Assembly: GCA_017464745.1 (NCBI GenBank)
Contig: JAFTYJ010000072.1
Coordinates: 3,828 to 67,827, forward strand
Direction of reading: 5' to 3'
DNA: 64,000 bases
From: Rikenellaceae bacterium
GTDB taxonomy: Bacteria; Bacteroidota; Bacteroidia; Bacteroidales; Rikenellaceae
Of the stretch, positions 37,182 to 48,128 are shown piece by piece. Below the pieces are notes generated by a model, which was not told the DNA's origin, searched no databases, and worked only from the letters and a program-made list of their open reading frames with translations. Within the stretch, counting starts at the first letter, position 1. Each line of letters starts with the position of its first letter. The position numbers were made by a program, and so were the translations under genes.

Positions 37182-37304
37182 CCGCCGCCAAGAACCGCCG
37201 CCAAGAACAGACACCGAGCGCAAACACAGAACACGACCGCCGAGTGCATAGAAAAGCAGACCAAAGCAAACAACCAAACCACAACCTGAGAGTCCCAACC
37301 GACA

Positions 37305-37943
37305 ATGAGCAATTACGACCCCGAAATAGAGATTGACCCCACGATTCGCCTCGAAGAGGAGGAACTCGTACGTCAGGCCGAGGAGCAACGCCAAAAGGAG
37401 GAGCAACATCGTGAGATGATTCGCACCATAAACGAGGTTCTCGACCAACGCGAGCGACGGGAGATTGAGCGCCGCGATAGTGAGCGTGCCGTGCGCCGTG
37501 AACGTTACAGCGACCGCGAGCGCCATAGTGCCGTTGTCGAGGAGCCTACCGGGGAGAGTGTCGCACCCGACGAGGACGAGCAGACCCAAAGCGAGGTTGA
37601 GAGCCGTCCCCGCAAGCGCAAACAGAGCAAAAGTGTCAAGACGGCGCGAGAGTTGCTGTCGGGCCACATTCTCGACACTCCGTGGATGCGTCGCAACTAC
37701 CCCTATCTGATTGGTTTCGGAGTTATGATTTTGCTCTATCTGATGAGTTCGTTCGGCGTTCAGCGTATGAACCACACCCATCAGGTGTTGGAACGTCGCC
37801 TGCGCACCGTGCGCACCGAAGCCGTCAATATGTCGGCCAAAGCCAAGAGCGTATCGAGCCGCAGCGCCGTGGCACGCCGTATCAAAGAGTTGGGCCTCGA
37901 CCTCGAAGAGTCCACCAAACCCGTAAAAGTGATTGAACAATAA
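37305..37943 (+). CDS. ftsL: FtsL-like cell-division protein with a long charged N-terminal extension
   Basis: Position between rsmH and ftsI. Single TM helix YPYLIGFGVMILLYLMSSFGV followed by a short periplasmic coil. The first ~120 aa are E/R-rich. Confidence 0.7.
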   Translation: MSNYDPEIEIDPTIRLEEEELVRQAEEQRQKEEQHREMIRTINEVLDQRERREIERRDSERAVRRERYSDRERHSAVVEEPTGESVAPDEDEQTQSEVESRPRKRKQSKSVKTARELLSGHILDTPWMRRNYPYLIGFGVMILLYLMSSFGVQRMNHTHQVLERRLRTVRTEAVNMSAKAKSVSSRSAVARRIKELGLDLEESTKPVKVIEQ

Positions 37944-40219
37944 TGGCAACCGATAGAAACAAACAACCTTCGCCTATCAAAAGCACCATCCGCCGACGAG
38001 TGCAAACCCTCTATATGATTATGCTGGCAGTGGGTGTGCTCATTCTGGGCAAGATTCTGTACATCCAGTTCGGCCCCGACGGTGACGACCTGCGCGACAA
38101 GGGCAAATCGGTGAATTTCAGTTTCTTCCGCCAAGAGGCTATGCGTGGCGACATCTACTCGAAGGATATGGAGTTGATTGCCACTTCACAAAAACGCTAT
38201 ACGGTGGGTATCGACTTCGGCGTAGAGGATTTTATTAAAAATCAATACTTTTCCAAACACTACGTCAAACTGTCGGGCCAAATGGCCGAGATGTTCGGTG
38301 GCAGCCCCGCGATGTGGCAACAACGACTCAAAACCGCTTACGACCGCTATGTGCGCGACAAAACCCCACGATACTTCAAACTCACACCCCGACTGATTTC
38401 CTACGAGGAGTTGGTTCGTATGCGCAGTTTTGCGTTGTTGAATCTTCCGCCCAACAAGGGTGGTCGCAGCGAGGATGACGAGATTGTGAGGGTGCGTCCG
38501 TTTGGCGAACTCGCCGCACGTACTATCGGCAAAACAACCACCACACCCGTCAAAGTCGAGCGACCCTCGGAGTTGTCGGACACCACAACCAAAACCCGCA
38601 CCGAGATGGAGGTTAAACCCATTTCGGGTCTGGAACAATCATTCAACCACCGCCTCAAAGGTGTGAACGGCTGGCAACTGCGCCAAAAAATCAACTCTCG
38701 ATTCTGGCAACCCGTCGAAAGCCCCCACAACCTCGACCCCAAGGACGGCTGCGATGTGATTACAACCCTCGATATGGATGTGCAGGATATTGCCGAGACT
38801 ATGCTCTCGCACCAAATCCTGACCAACCGTGCCGATTGGGGTTGTGCCGTGGTTATGGAGACCGCCACGGGTAACATCCGTGCTATGGCCAACCTCACCC
38901 GCTATGAGGACCGCTGTGTCGAGGACCGCAACTACGCTGTGGGAGGCCGCTTCGAGCCGGGTTCGACCTTCAAGTTGGCATCGCTGCTGGCGCTGTTGGA
39001 GTTGGCCGACTACCAACTTACCGACTCGGTGGATGTCGAGGGCGGTGTGGCAATTATCGACAAACGCTCCTACAAGGACGACCACACGGGTTACGATATG
39101 ATTTCGGTCAAGGATATGTTTGCCCAATCGTCCAACATCGGATTCGTCAAGAGTATCCGCGAGGAGTTCCGCGACGACCCTATGGACTTTGTGGATTTTC
39201 TGGGCCAACTCGGAATGAGAGATACCCTCGATATTTGTCTGAACGGCGAGGCCAAGCCTATGATGTGGAGCCCCAAGGATAAGGGTGCCAACCAATGGAT
39301 TCCCAACCTTACGCTCAACAAAATGGCCTATGGCTACGGCTTCGAGATAAGCCCCCTGCCCACGCGGACCCTGTTCCATGCGGTGGCCAACAACGGTGTG
39401 ATGGTGCGCCCGAGGCTGGTTACCGAGGTTAGTCGCTATGGCGAGAGTATCGAGGAGTTCCCCGTGGAGTATATCAACAAAAAAATCTGCTCGGATGCCA
39501 CAATCACCAAAGCACGCGAGTGTTTGGAGAGTGTGGTGGATGCAGGTACGGGCCGTATCCTGCGTAACGACTACTACACGGTAGCGGCCAAAACGGGTAC
39601 CTCGCAAATGCTGTTTACGGACGGCACAGCCTCCAAATACAACCCCTATGTGGATGTCAATGGTCGCCGACAATATCTGGCTACAATGGTGGGATACTTC
39701 CCTGCCGATGCACCCAAATACTCGATTATCGTGTGTATGAAGAGTTATACGGGCAACACTTTCAACTACTATGGCGCAGGTTTGGCAGGTCCCGTGTTCC
39801 GTGCCGTGGCCGACCGACTCTACGCCTCGCACACCGAGTGGCAACCCACGGTCGAAACCAAGGTCAAGAGCGACACCGTTGAGCGAGAGTTCAAACCCGC
39901 ACCCATCAAGGGTGGTGACTACAAGGCTGTCCGTCGTGTGATTCGTGAGTTGGACGTTCCCCTGTGCGACGAATCCGAGCGCGAGCAATGGGTCAAAACC
40001 TCACGCGACAGCGCCCAAGTGGTGGTGGGTGACCTGAATATTCCCGAAAACCTTGTTCCGAATGTGATAGGAATGGGTGCCAAAGACGCTCTGTATGTAT
40101 TGGAGAGCCGCGGTATGCACGTTACGCTCGAAGGCGTGGGTGTAGTGGTAGGCCAATCCGTGCCGAGTGGCACCACACTCCAACGAGGACAACACATAAC
40201 ACTTCGATTAAGACGATGA
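37943..40219 (+). CDS. ftsI: Penicillin-binding protein (class B transpeptidase, FtsI-type) with C-terminal PASTA-like domain
   Basis: SxxK as GSTFK, SxN as SSN, KTG as KTGTS. dcw context. Confidence 0.9.
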   Translation: MATDRNKQPSPIKSTIRRRVQTLYMIMLAVGVLILGKILYIQFGPDGDDLRDKGKSVNFSFFRQEAMRGDIYSKDMELIATSQKRYTVGIDFGVEDFIKNQYFSKHYVKLSGQMAEMFGGSPAMWQQRLKTAYDRYVRDKTPRYFKLTPRLISYEELVRMRSFALLNLPPNKGGRSEDDEIVRVRPFGELAARTIGKTTTTPVKVERPSELSDTTTKTRTEMEVKPISGLEQSFNHRLKGVNGWQLRQKINSRFWQPVESPHNLDPKDGCDVITTLDMDVQDIAETMLSHQILTNRADWGCAVVMETATGNIRAMANLTRYEDRCVEDRNYAVGGRFEPGSTFKLASLLALLELADYQLTDSVDVEGGVAIIDKRSYKDDHTGYDMISVKDMFAQSSNIGFVKSIREEFRDDPMDFVDFLGQLGMRDTLDICLNGEAKPMMWSPKDKGANQWIPNLTLNKMAYGYGFEISPLPTRTLFHAVANNGVMVRPRLVTEVSRYGESIEEFPVEYINKKICSDATITKARECLESVVDAGTGRILRNDYYTVAAKTGTSQMLFTDGTASKYNPYVDVNGRRQYLATMVGYFPADAPKYSIIVCMKSYTGNTFNYYGAGLAGPVFRAVADRLYASHTEWQPTVETKVKSDTVEREFKPAPIKGGDYKAVRRVIRELDVPLCDESEREQWVKTSRDSAQVVVGDLNIPENLVPNVIGMGAKDALYVLESRGMHVTLEGVGVVVGQSVPSGTTLQRGQHITLRLRR

Positions 40220-41682
40220 CAACAACACAACAGATAACCCAACTGCTGGCGGAGATTACCCCACTGGCTGTGGAGGGTCCTACCGAGGGCTCTATCCGAA
40301 ATATGACCTTCGATTCGCGTGCCGTAGAGTCGGGCGACGTGTTCTTTGCCGTGCGTGGCGAGAAGACCGACGGCCACAACTATATCGCCTCGGCGGTAGA
40401 ACGTGGAGCACGAATGGTAGTGTGCGAGAGTATACCCGAGAGCCGCACCGAACAGGTGTGCTACGTCTGTGTGGAGGATACCAACGTGGCTATGGGCCGT
40501 ATGGCCTCGGCCTATTGGGGCCACCCCTCGCGAGGGCTCAAATTGGTGGGCGTAACAGGCACCAACGGCAAGACAACCACCGCAACGTTGCTCTATAACC
40601 TTGTGCGTGCATTAGGCTACCGTGCTGGCCTTATCTCGACGGTCAAATATGTGGTCGATACCCGTGAGGTGGAGTCCACTCACACAACCCCCGACGCTCT
40701 GCGCCTGAACCGTATGTTGGCCGAGATGGTGGAGGCGGGTTGCGACTACTGCTTTATGGAGGTCAGTTCGCATAGTATTGTCCAACACCGCATCGAGGGT
40801 TTGAGATTTGTGGGCGCGCTGTTTACCAACATCACCCACGATCACTTGGACTACCACAAAACCTTTGCCGAGTATATCAAAGCCAAAAAGGGACTGTTCG
40901 ACAGCCTCGACAAACGCGCCTTTGCAGTGGTGAACATCGACGACCGTAACGGCAATGTGATGGTCCAAAACTGCAAAGCCCGCATCCGCACCCTGTCGCG
41001 CCACACAATGGCCGACTATCGCTGTAAGGTGGTCGAGATGGGTTTCGAGGGTATGCAGTTGGAGTTGGACGGCGTAGAGTTCTGGACCCCGCTGACGGGC
41101 GAGTTCAATGCCAGCAACCTGCTGGGAGTCTATGCTGCTGCCGTGGAGTTGGGATTCAACAAGGGTGAGGTGCTGACAAGCCTTAGTGGTTTGGTGTCGG
41201 TGGACGGCCGTTTCGAGACGCTGCACTCCAAGGGCGGTATCACCGCCATTGTGGACTACGCCCACACACCCGACGCTTTGGAAAATGTACTCAACACCAT
41301 TAACGCCATTCGCACCGAGGGTCAGAGCCTGTTTGCGGTGGTGGGCTGTGGTGGCGACCGCGACGCGACCAAACGTCCCGAGATGGCCCGCATTGCTGCC
41401 GACGGCGCTTCGATGGTCATCCTGACCTCGGACAACCCCCGCACCGAGGACCCCGAGGAGATTTTGGCGCAGATGCGTGCAGGCCTGCAACCCGGCGACC
41501 GCTACATCTCGATTGTCCGCCGCGAGGAGGCTATCCGCACAGCCGTTATGTTGGCCGCCCCGGGCGACATCATCCTGCTTGCGGGCAAAGGTCACGAAAC
41601 CTACCAAATCATCGGAACCGAAAAACACCACTTCGACGACCGCGAGCAGGTTGCCGCCGCCTTCGAAGAGTTACAGAAATAA
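40216..41682 (+). CDS. murE: UDP-N-acetylmuramoyl-L-alanyl-D-glutamate--2,6-diaminopimelate ligase
   Basis: GVTGTNGKTTT P-loop and the DNPR motif (LTSDNPRTEDP). Confidence 0.93.
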   Translation: MTTTQQITQLLAEITPLAVEGPTEGSIRNMTFDSRAVESGDVFFAVRGEKTDGHNYIASAVERGARMVVCESIPESRTEQVCYVCVEDTNVAMGRMASAYWGHPSRGLKLVGVTGTNGKTTTATLLYNLVRALGYRAGLISTVKYVVDTREVESTHTTPDALRLNRMLAEMVEAGCDYCFMEVSSHSIVQHRIEGLRFVGALFTNITHDHLDYHKTFAEYIKAKKGLFDSLDKRAFAVVNIDDRNGNVMVQNCKARIRTLSRHTMADYRCKVVEMGFEGMQLELDGVEFWTPLTGEFNASNLLGVYAAAVELGFNKGEVLTSLSGLVSVDGRFETLHSKGGITAIVDYAHTPDALENVLNTINAIRTEGQSLFAVVGCGGDRDATKRPEMARIAADGASMVILTSDNPRTEDPEEILAQMRAGLQPGDRYISIVRREEAIRTAVMLAAPGDIILLAGKGHETYQIIGTEKHHFDDREQVAAAFEELQK

Positions 41683-41719
41683 CAACCAACAACACAACGA
41701 AAACTAACACCCAAGAACA

Positions 41720-42940
41720 ATGCTTTATTCACTTGCAAAATACCTCGACACGGTGTGGGATATTCCCGGTGCGGGTATGTTCCAATACCTGACTTTTCGC
41801 GCCGCAGCGGCAGTTATCATCGCCCTGCTGATAGGTACGATATTCGGCGAACGCATTATCAATGCCCTGCGCCGTGCCCAAATCGGCGAAACGGTGCGTG
41901 ACCTGGGATTGGCAGGCCAACTCGAAAAGAAGGGAACCCCCACAATGGGCGGTATCATCATCATCGCTTCGATACTCATCCCCGTGCTGTTGGTGGGCGA
42001 TTTGAGCAATGTCTATATGCAGTTGATGATATTCTCGACGCTGTGGCTTGGCGGTTTGGGCTTTGCCGACGACTACATCAAGGTCTTTCGCAAGGACAAG
42101 GACGGCCTGAAAGGAATCTTCAAGATTATCGGTCAGGTGGGCCTCGGAGTCATCGTGGGTACCACAATGTGGCTCCACACCGACATCGCAATGAAGGACA
42201 TCCCCGCCAACCTCGACCGCAACAACATCCAGACCGAGGAGTTCCAACAGAGCGATATCGAAAAGACAGCCAAAACCACCATCCCGTTCCTCAAAAACAA
42301 CGAATTTGACTATGGCAGTATCGTGGGCGAGGCCGACAACAACGGCGTTGCCACTTGGATTCTGTATATGTTGGTTGCGATATTTGTGATTACCGCCGTG
42401 TCGAACAGCGCCAACCTTACGGACGGCATCGATGGCTTGGCAACGGGAGTTTCGATACCGATAGTGTTGGTATTGGGAGCCTTTGCGTGGATTTCGGGTA
42501 ACATCATCTATGCGGGCTACCTCAACTTTATGTACATCCCCGGCAGTGGAGAGTTGCTGATCTATGCGGCCGCAATGGCGGGTGCCTTGTTGGGCTTTTT
42601 GTGGTACAACTGTTTCCCGGCCCAGGTGTTTATGGGCGACACGGGCAGTCTGGCTATCGGAGGAGTCATTGCGGTGTTTGCGCTGCTGATTCGCAAGGAG
42701 TTGTTGCTGCCCATCCTGTGCGGAATATTCCTTGTGGAGAGCCTGTCGGTGATTATCCAAAGGTCGTACTTCAAGTACACCAAGAAGAAATACGGTGAGG
42801 GAAGACGTGTATTTTTGATGTCGCCCATTCACCACCACTACCAAAAGAAGGGTTATCACGAATCCAAAATCGTGGTTAGAGCCATCATCATCGGAGTTCT
42901 GTTGGCGGCAATCACCCTCTCGACACTCAAAGTACGTTAA
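41720..42940 (+). CDS. mraY: Phospho-N-acetylmuramoyl-pentapeptide transferase
   Basis: [19 protein letters not shown], and PIHHHY-type MSPIHHHYQ. Confidence 0.95.
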   Translation: MLYSLAKYLDTVWDIPGAGMFQYLTFRAAAAVIIALLIGTIFGERIINALRRAQIGETVRDLGLAGQLEKKGTPTMGGIIIIASILIPVLLVGDLSNVYMQLMIFSTLWLGGLGFADDYIKVFRKDKDGLKGIFKIIGQVGLGVIVGTTMWLHTDIAMKDIPANLDRNNIQTEEFQQSDIEKTAKTTIPFLKNNEFDYGSIVGEADNNGVATWILYMLVAIFVITAVSNSANLTDGIDGLATGVSIPIVLVLGAFAWISGNIIYAGYLNFMYIPGSGELLIYAAAMAGALLGFLWYNCFPAQVFMGDTGSLAIGGVIAVFALLIRKELLLPILCGIFLVESLSVIIQRSYFKYTKKKYGEGRRVFLMSPIHHHYQKKGYHESKIVVRAIIIGVLLAAITLSTLKVR

Positions 42941-42963
42941 CCGTTTATTCCACACAGACAGAT

Positions 42964-44307
42964 ATGAACAAGAGAATAGTTGTACTTGGCGGCGGTATCA
43001 GTGGATATGGTTCTGCAATTTTGGCCAAGAAGGAGGGTTTCGAGGTGCTGTTGTCGGATAGTGGCCGCATCGCCGACCGCTACAAAGCACGCCTCAATGA
43101 GTGGAGCGTTCCCTATGAGGAGGGCGGCCACTCCGAGGAGTATATCCTCGGCGCTGCGGAGGTTATCAAAAGCCCCGGTATCCCCGACAAAGCCCCCATT
43201 GTACAAAAAATCCGTGAGCGCGGTATCCCCGTGATTTCGGAGATGGAGTTCGCATCACGCTACTCGTCGGCACGCACCGTGTGTATCACAGGCTCCAACG
43301 GCAAGACCACAACCACATCGCTCATCTACAAGATTCTGTGCGACGCCGGTGTGAACGTCGGCTTGGGAGGCAACATCGGCGAGAGTTATGCCTATCAGGT
43401 TGCCACCGAGCAGTTCGATTGGTATGTGTTGGAGTTGAGCAGTTTTCAGTTGGACGGTATGTTCCGTTTCAAGGCCGACGTGGGCGTGCTGATGAACATC
43501 ACCCCCGACCACCTCGACCGCTACGACTACAAGTTTGAGAACTACGCTGCAAGCAAGATGCGCATTACGCAAAACCAAACCGCCGTTGAGCAGTTTATCT
43601 ATATGCACGACGACGAGGTTATAGCCGCCCAAATGGGCCAACACCCCGTAGAGTCGCACCTGCTGCCCTTCTCGGCCCGCACCCCGCAAAGCGAAGGCGC
43701 GTGGATTGAGGGCGACCAAATCCGCATCAACGCTTTGGGTCACAGCCTGAGCCTCGACACCCGCCGAATGCAAATCAAGGGTATCCACAACTGCTACAAT
43801 GCTATGGCAGCGGCTATGGCAGCCGTGGCTGTGGGCGTTTCGGAGGAGAATATCGTGAGCAGTATCGAGAGTTTTGGCGGCGTGGAGCACCGCTTGGAAC
43901 GTGCCGGCGAAATCGACGGCGTGGAGTGGATTAACGACTCGAAGGCTACCAATGTCGATTCGGTGTGGTACGCTTTGGAGAGTATGACCCGCCCTGTGGT
44001 GTGGATTGCAGGCGGAACGGACAAGGGTAATGACTACACTCCGCTCTTGGAGTTTGCCCGCGCCAAAGTCCACACGCTGGTGTGTATGGGTCTGGATAAC
44101 GCCAAGTTACAGAAATCGTTCGACGGCGTGGTGCCCACAATCATCAGCACCGACTCGCTGAACGACGCTATGACGGCAGCACGCAAGGCGGCCCACGCAG
44201 GTGACGCAGTGTTGTTGTCACCGGCGTGTGCAAGTTTCGACTTGTTCAAGAACTACGAACATCGTGGCGAGATGTTCAAACAATGGGTAAAAGAGCACCA
44301 AAACTAA
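42964..44307 (+). CDS. murD: UDP-N-acetylmuramoylalanine--D-glutamate ligase
   Basis: GGGISG N-terminus and ITGSNGKTTT P-loop. Confidence 0.93.
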   Translation: MNKRIVVLGGGISGYGSAILAKKEGFEVLLSDSGRIADRYKARLNEWSVPYEEGGHSEEYILGAAEVIKSPGIPDKAPIVQKIRERGIPVISEMEFASRYSSARTVCITGSNGKTTTTSLIYKILCDAGVNVGLGGNIGESYAYQVATEQFDWYVLELSSFQLDGMFRFKADVGVLMNITPDHLDRYDYKFENYAASKMRITQNQTAVEQFIYMHDDEVIAAQMGQHPVESHLLPFSARTPQSEGAWIEGDQIRINALGHSLSLDTRRMQIKGIHNCYNAMAAAMAAVAVGVSEENIVSSIESFGGVEHRLERAGEIDGVEWINDSKATNVDSVWYALESMTRPVVWIAGGTDKGNDYTPLLEFARAKVHTLVCMGLDNAKLQKSFDGVVPTIISTDSLNDAMTAARKAAHAGDAVLLSPACASFDLFKNYEHRGEMFKQWVKEHQN

Positions 44308-44314
44308 ACTTACT

Positions 44315-45622
44315 ATGGCAGACGACAAAACACAAACGTGGTGGCAACGACTCCGAATCGGAGGCGACAAACCGCTGTGGATTATATTCGTTGTGTTGGC
44401 CTTTGTGTCGATGTTTGTGGTCTACTCTTCGACCACCTCGTCGCTCTATGGCTCCACCACGGCAGGCCACCACCTGACCCGTTTTTTCAAACAGTTGATC
44501 TATGTTATCATAGGTTTGGTTGCGGTGTGGGCTGTGCATCGCCTCGACTACCAGCGCTATGGTCGCTGGGCCTATGCCGCCTATATTGTGTCGCTGGGCT
44601 TTATGGTGCTGACGATGTTCTTCGGAGTCAATAAGTTCGGTGCACAGCGTTGGTTGGAGGTGCCCATTTTGGGTATCACGTTCCAACCCTCCGACTTGCT
44701 GAAAGTTACCACCGTTATGGTGTTGTCGTTGCAACTCGCAGGCCGACAACTTATGGTCGAGAAACACAACCTCATACCGAGCCTGGCACTGATACGCCGA
44801 AACCGCAGCAAAGCGTGGCGACTCATCAAGGAGCAAACATTCCCCGTGTTTGGCCCTATCCTGATATCGTGCGGATTTATCGTGCCCGAAAATATGTCAA
44901 CCGCACTGCTTATGGGTGCCACTTGTGTGGTGATACTCATCATCGGTCGCGTTAAGTGGGCCGATATTGCCCGCTTTTTGATTATTTCGGCCGTATTCGG
45001 ATCGGTGATGCTGGGTGGAATGTTGTTGATGGAGGGATTTTCGGGCGAGGAGAGCCGTCTGAAAACTTGGGGCAACCGTATCACTGCGCTGTTTAACCCT
45101 GAGAAACTCGAACAACAAGTAACCGAAAACGGTAACAAAAAAGACTACTTCTACCAAATCAACCAGGCCAAAATCGCCATTGCAATGGGCAAACTCACGG
45201 GCCGTGGTGCCGGCCAAAGCGCTCAACGCCATATGCTTCCCAAAGCAGAATCGGACTACGCCTTTGCATTTTTGGTCGAGGAGTGGGGCTTTGTGGGTGC
45301 GCTGCTGGTTGTAGTGATGTATCTGTGGATATTCTATCGGGCCATTGTCATATTCAACAAGTGTGGCACGGCATTCCCGTGTCTGTTGGTGCTGGGGTTG
45401 GCGTTCCTGATAACGTTTCAGGCCCTGCTCAATATGATGGTTGCCACGGGACTGATGTTCCAGACGGGTTTGGCCCTGCCGCTTATCAGTCAGGGTGGCT
45501 CGTCGGAGTTGTTCACCTCGGTAGCCATAGGAATGATACTCGGCGTGAGTCGCCAAATCGAAGAGAAAACACTCACCACCCCGCGTGGCGAGTCAATGTT
45601 GGAGAATAATCGCAAGAAATAG
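44315..45622 (+). CDS. ftsW: Peptidoglycan glycosyltransferase FtsW (SEDS family)
   Basis: Polytopic membrane protein with SDYAFAFLVEEWGF and PLISQGGSS motifs. dcw position. Confidence 0.9.
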   Translation: MADDKTQTWWQRLRIGGDKPLWIIFVVLAFVSMFVVYSSTTSSLYGSTTAGHHLTRFFKQLIYVIIGLVAVWAVHRLDYQRYGRWAYAAYIVSLGFMVLTMFFGVNKFGAQRWLEVPILGITFQPSDLLKVTTVMVLSLQLAGRQLMVEKHNLIPSLALIRRNRSKAWRLIKEQTFPVFGPILISCGFIVPENMSTALLMGATCVVILIIGRVKWADIARFLIISAVFGSVMLGGMLLMEGFSGEESRLKTWGNRITALFNPEKLEQQVTENGNKKDYFYQINQAKIAIAMGKLTGRGAGQSAQRHMLPKAESDYAFAFLVEEWGFVGALLVVVMYLWIFYRAIVIFNKCGTAFPCLLVLGLAFLITFQALLNMMVATGLMFQTGLALPLISQGGSSELFTSVAIGMILGVSRQIEEKTLTTPRGESMLENNRKK

Positions 45623-45624
45623 AT

Positions 45625-46740
45625 ATGAACACCAAGAAATATCGCATAATCCTCAGCGGAGGTGGCACAGGAGGCCACTTCTACCCCGCCGTAGCCACAG
45701 CCGAAGCACTCAAACGCGCTCTTGGCGAGAGTGTCGAAATACTGTTTGTGGGTGCCGAGGGTAAGATGGAGATGGAGAAAGTTCCCGCTCTGGGCTACCA
45801 TATCGAGGGACTTCCCGTGGCAGGCCTGCAACGCCGCCTGACCCTCAGCAACCTCGCCATGCCGTTCAAGGTGGTGCGCAGTGTTCGCAAAGCACGCCAG
45901 ATAATCCGAGAGTTCGGTGCAGATTGTGTGGCAGGCTTCGGAGGTTATGCCAGCGCCCCCGTGCTGTGGGCTGCCCAACGTATGGGTCTGCCGACGGTTA
46001 TCCAGGAGCAAAACTCCTATGCGGGAGTGACCAACAAGATATTGAGCCGCCGTGCCCGCCGAGTGTGCGTGGCCTACGACGGAATGGAACGCTTCTTTCC
46101 TGCCGACCGCATTGTGATGACGGGCAATCCGCTCCGCGGCTCGTTTGCTCCCGACGGCGTGGACCGTACAGCCGCCTTGGAGTACTTCGGATTCACGGCC
46201 GACAAACCCGTGATTCTGGTTGTGGGCGGAAGCCTCGGAACACGCACCTTCAACGAGATGATGAAGGCGGGTGTGGACGACATAGTGCGCCGTGGCAAGG
46301 TGCAGGTCATCTGGCAAACGGGCAAATACTATCAAGCCGAGATGGACGGCATTATGGAGGGTCGGGAATCGAATGGAGTATGGCGCGGTGCGTTCATCGA
46401 ACGTATGGACTATGCCTATGCCGCAGCCGACCTTGTGGTGTCGCGTAGCGGAGCGTGCACGGTGTCGGAGTTGTGCCTTATGGGCAAGCCGACGCTGTTT
46501 GTACCCTCCCCCAACGTTGCCGAAGACCACCAAACCGCCAACGCCCGTGCTCTGGCCGACAAGGATGCTGCCGAGATGATTCGTGACTCGGAGGCGGTGG
46601 CCGAAGGTTTGGCCAAAGCACTCGCCCTTGTGAACGACAAAAACCGACTCGAAACACTACACAACAACATACTGCGCCTTGCAATCGACGACTCAGCCGA
46701 CCGCGTAGCGCAACATATTATAGCCGAAATCAAAAAATGA
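45625..46740 (+). CDS. murG: UDP-N-acetylglucosamine--N-acetylmuramyl-(pentapeptide) pyrophosphoryl-undecaprenol GlcNAc transferase
   Basis: SGGGTGGHFYPA N-terminus. Confidence 0.93.
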   Translation: MNTKKYRIILSGGGTGGHFYPAVATAEALKRALGESVEILFVGAEGKMEMEKVPALGYHIEGLPVAGLQRRLTLSNLAMPFKVVRSVRKARQIIREFGADCVAGFGGYASAPVLWAAQRMGLPTVIQEQNSYAGVTNKILSRRARRVCVAYDGMERFFPADRIVMTGNPLRGSFAPDGVDRTAALEYFGFTADKPVILVVGGSLGTRTFNEMMKAGVDDIVRRGKVQVIWQTGKYYQAEMDGIMEGRESNGVWRGAFIERMDYAYAAADLVVSRSGACTVSELCLMGKPTLFVPSPNVAEDHQTANARALADKDAAEMIRDSEAVAEGLAKALALVNDKNRLETLHNNILRLAIDDSADRVAQHIIAEIKK

Positions 46741-48128
46741 GAAACGTATATTTCATCGGCATCGGCGGTATCGGAATGAGCGCCCTTGCCCGTTACTTTA
46801 TGCGCGAAGGCAAACGCGTGGCAGGCTACGACCTGACCGAAAGCGACCTCACACGCGCCCTGGCCAAAGAGGGTGCATCAATACACTACGACGATAATGT
46901 GGAAGCCATCCCCGCCGAGATGCGCAACCCCAAAGATACACTTGTGGTCTATACCCCCGCCGTTCCGTCGGAGCATAGCGAATTGGTGTGGTTCCGCACC
47001 CAAGGTTTCGAGGTGCTCAAACGCTCCGAGATTCTGGGCCACGTCACCGCCGGCAAATACGTTATGGCTGTGTCGGGAACCCACGGCAAAACCTCGACCA
47101 CCACAATGGTTGCGTGGCTGAACCGCTGTACTACGGGTGGCGGCAGTGCCTTCCTGGGCGGTCTATCCAAGAATTTCGACGGCAACATTGTGATGGGTGG
47201 TGGCGTGCGTATGGCTGTGGAGGCCGACGAGTTCGACCGCTCGTTCCTGCGCCTGACTCCCGATGTTGCAGTCATCACCTCGGCCGATGCCGACCACCTC
47301 GATATCTATGGCACCCACGAGGCTGTCAAAGAGGCTTTTGCGCAGTTTGTGTCGCAAATCCGTAAGGGCGGTGCAGTCATTATGCGTCAAGGTGCGGGAG
47401 TGACCCTGCGTAACCCCGGCATCACCCGCTACTCCTACTCAATTGACGGCGGCACGGACTTCTACGCCCAGAATCTGAGGTTGCAAAGCGACGGTCTGTT
47501 CTGCTACAATATCGTGTGTCCCGACCGCACAATCAAGGATTGCAAACTCGGAGTTCCGGGTCGTGTGAATGTCGAGAACAGTATCGCCGCTGTGGCCGCC
47601 GTGTGGTGCGCCTGCAAGTGCCGTGGCGAGGAGTTCTTGGAGAACAAAATCAAACAGGGGCTTGCAAGTTTCAGCGGAGTGAAACGTCGCTTCGACTTGC
47701 ATATCAACCGCCCCGACTGCGTCTATATGGACGACTATGCCCACCACCCTGCCGAAATTTCGGCGGCTCTGAAATCGGTGCGCAGCGCCTTCCCCGGTCG
47801 CCATATAACCGCCGTATTCCAACCTCACCTCTACTCGCGTACCAACGACTTCCACGCTGAATTTGCACAGGCTCTGTCGGGTGCCGAGGAGGTTATCCTG
47901 CTGCCCATCTACCCCGCACGCGAACTCCCGATGGAGGGAGTCACCTCGGAGTTGATTGGTCGTCAGGTGAGTGTGCCCTGCACCTACACAACCCGCGAGG
48001 AGTTGCCCGCCGAGATTGTGAGCCGCAACACCGACATCGTAATCACCTTTGGCGCAGGCAACATCGACGCTTGCATCGAGCCCCTGACCCGCGCACTGAA
48101 CGACAAATACCCTGCTCAAAATGTTTAA
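46737..48128 (+). CDS. murC: UDP-N-acetylmuramate--L-alanine ligase
   Basis: FIGIGGIGMSALA and VSGTHGKTSTT motifs. Confidence 0.93.
   Translation: MRNVYFIGIGGIGMSALARYFMREGKRVAGYDLTESDLTRALAKEGASIHYDDNVEAIPAEMRNPKDTLVVYTPAVPSEHSELVWFRTQGFEVLKRSEILGHVTAGKYVMAVSGTHGKTSTTTMVAWLNRCTTGGGSAFLGGLSKNFDGNIVMGGGVRMAVEADEFDRSFLRLTPDVAVITSADADHLDIYGTHEAVKEAFAQFVSQIRKGGAVIMRQGAGVTLRNPGITRYSYSIDGGTDFYAQNLRLQSDGLFCYNIVCPDRTIKDCKLGVPGRVNVENSIAAVAAVWCACKCRGEEFLENKIKQGLASFSGVKRRFDLHINRPDCVYMDDYAHHPAEISAALKSVRSAFPGRHITAVFQPHLYSRTNDFHAEFAQALSGAEEVILLPIYPARELPMEGVTSELIGRQVSVPCTYTTREELPAEIVSRNTDIVITFGAGNIDACIEPLTRALNDKYPAQNV

Noticed and set aside
37182-37207. Tandem duplication ccgccgccaagaa x 2 immediately after the rsmH stop.
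   Set aside because: There are only two copies of a 13-nt unit in an A/C-rich spacer. It is most likely a simple duplication with no evident structure or function.
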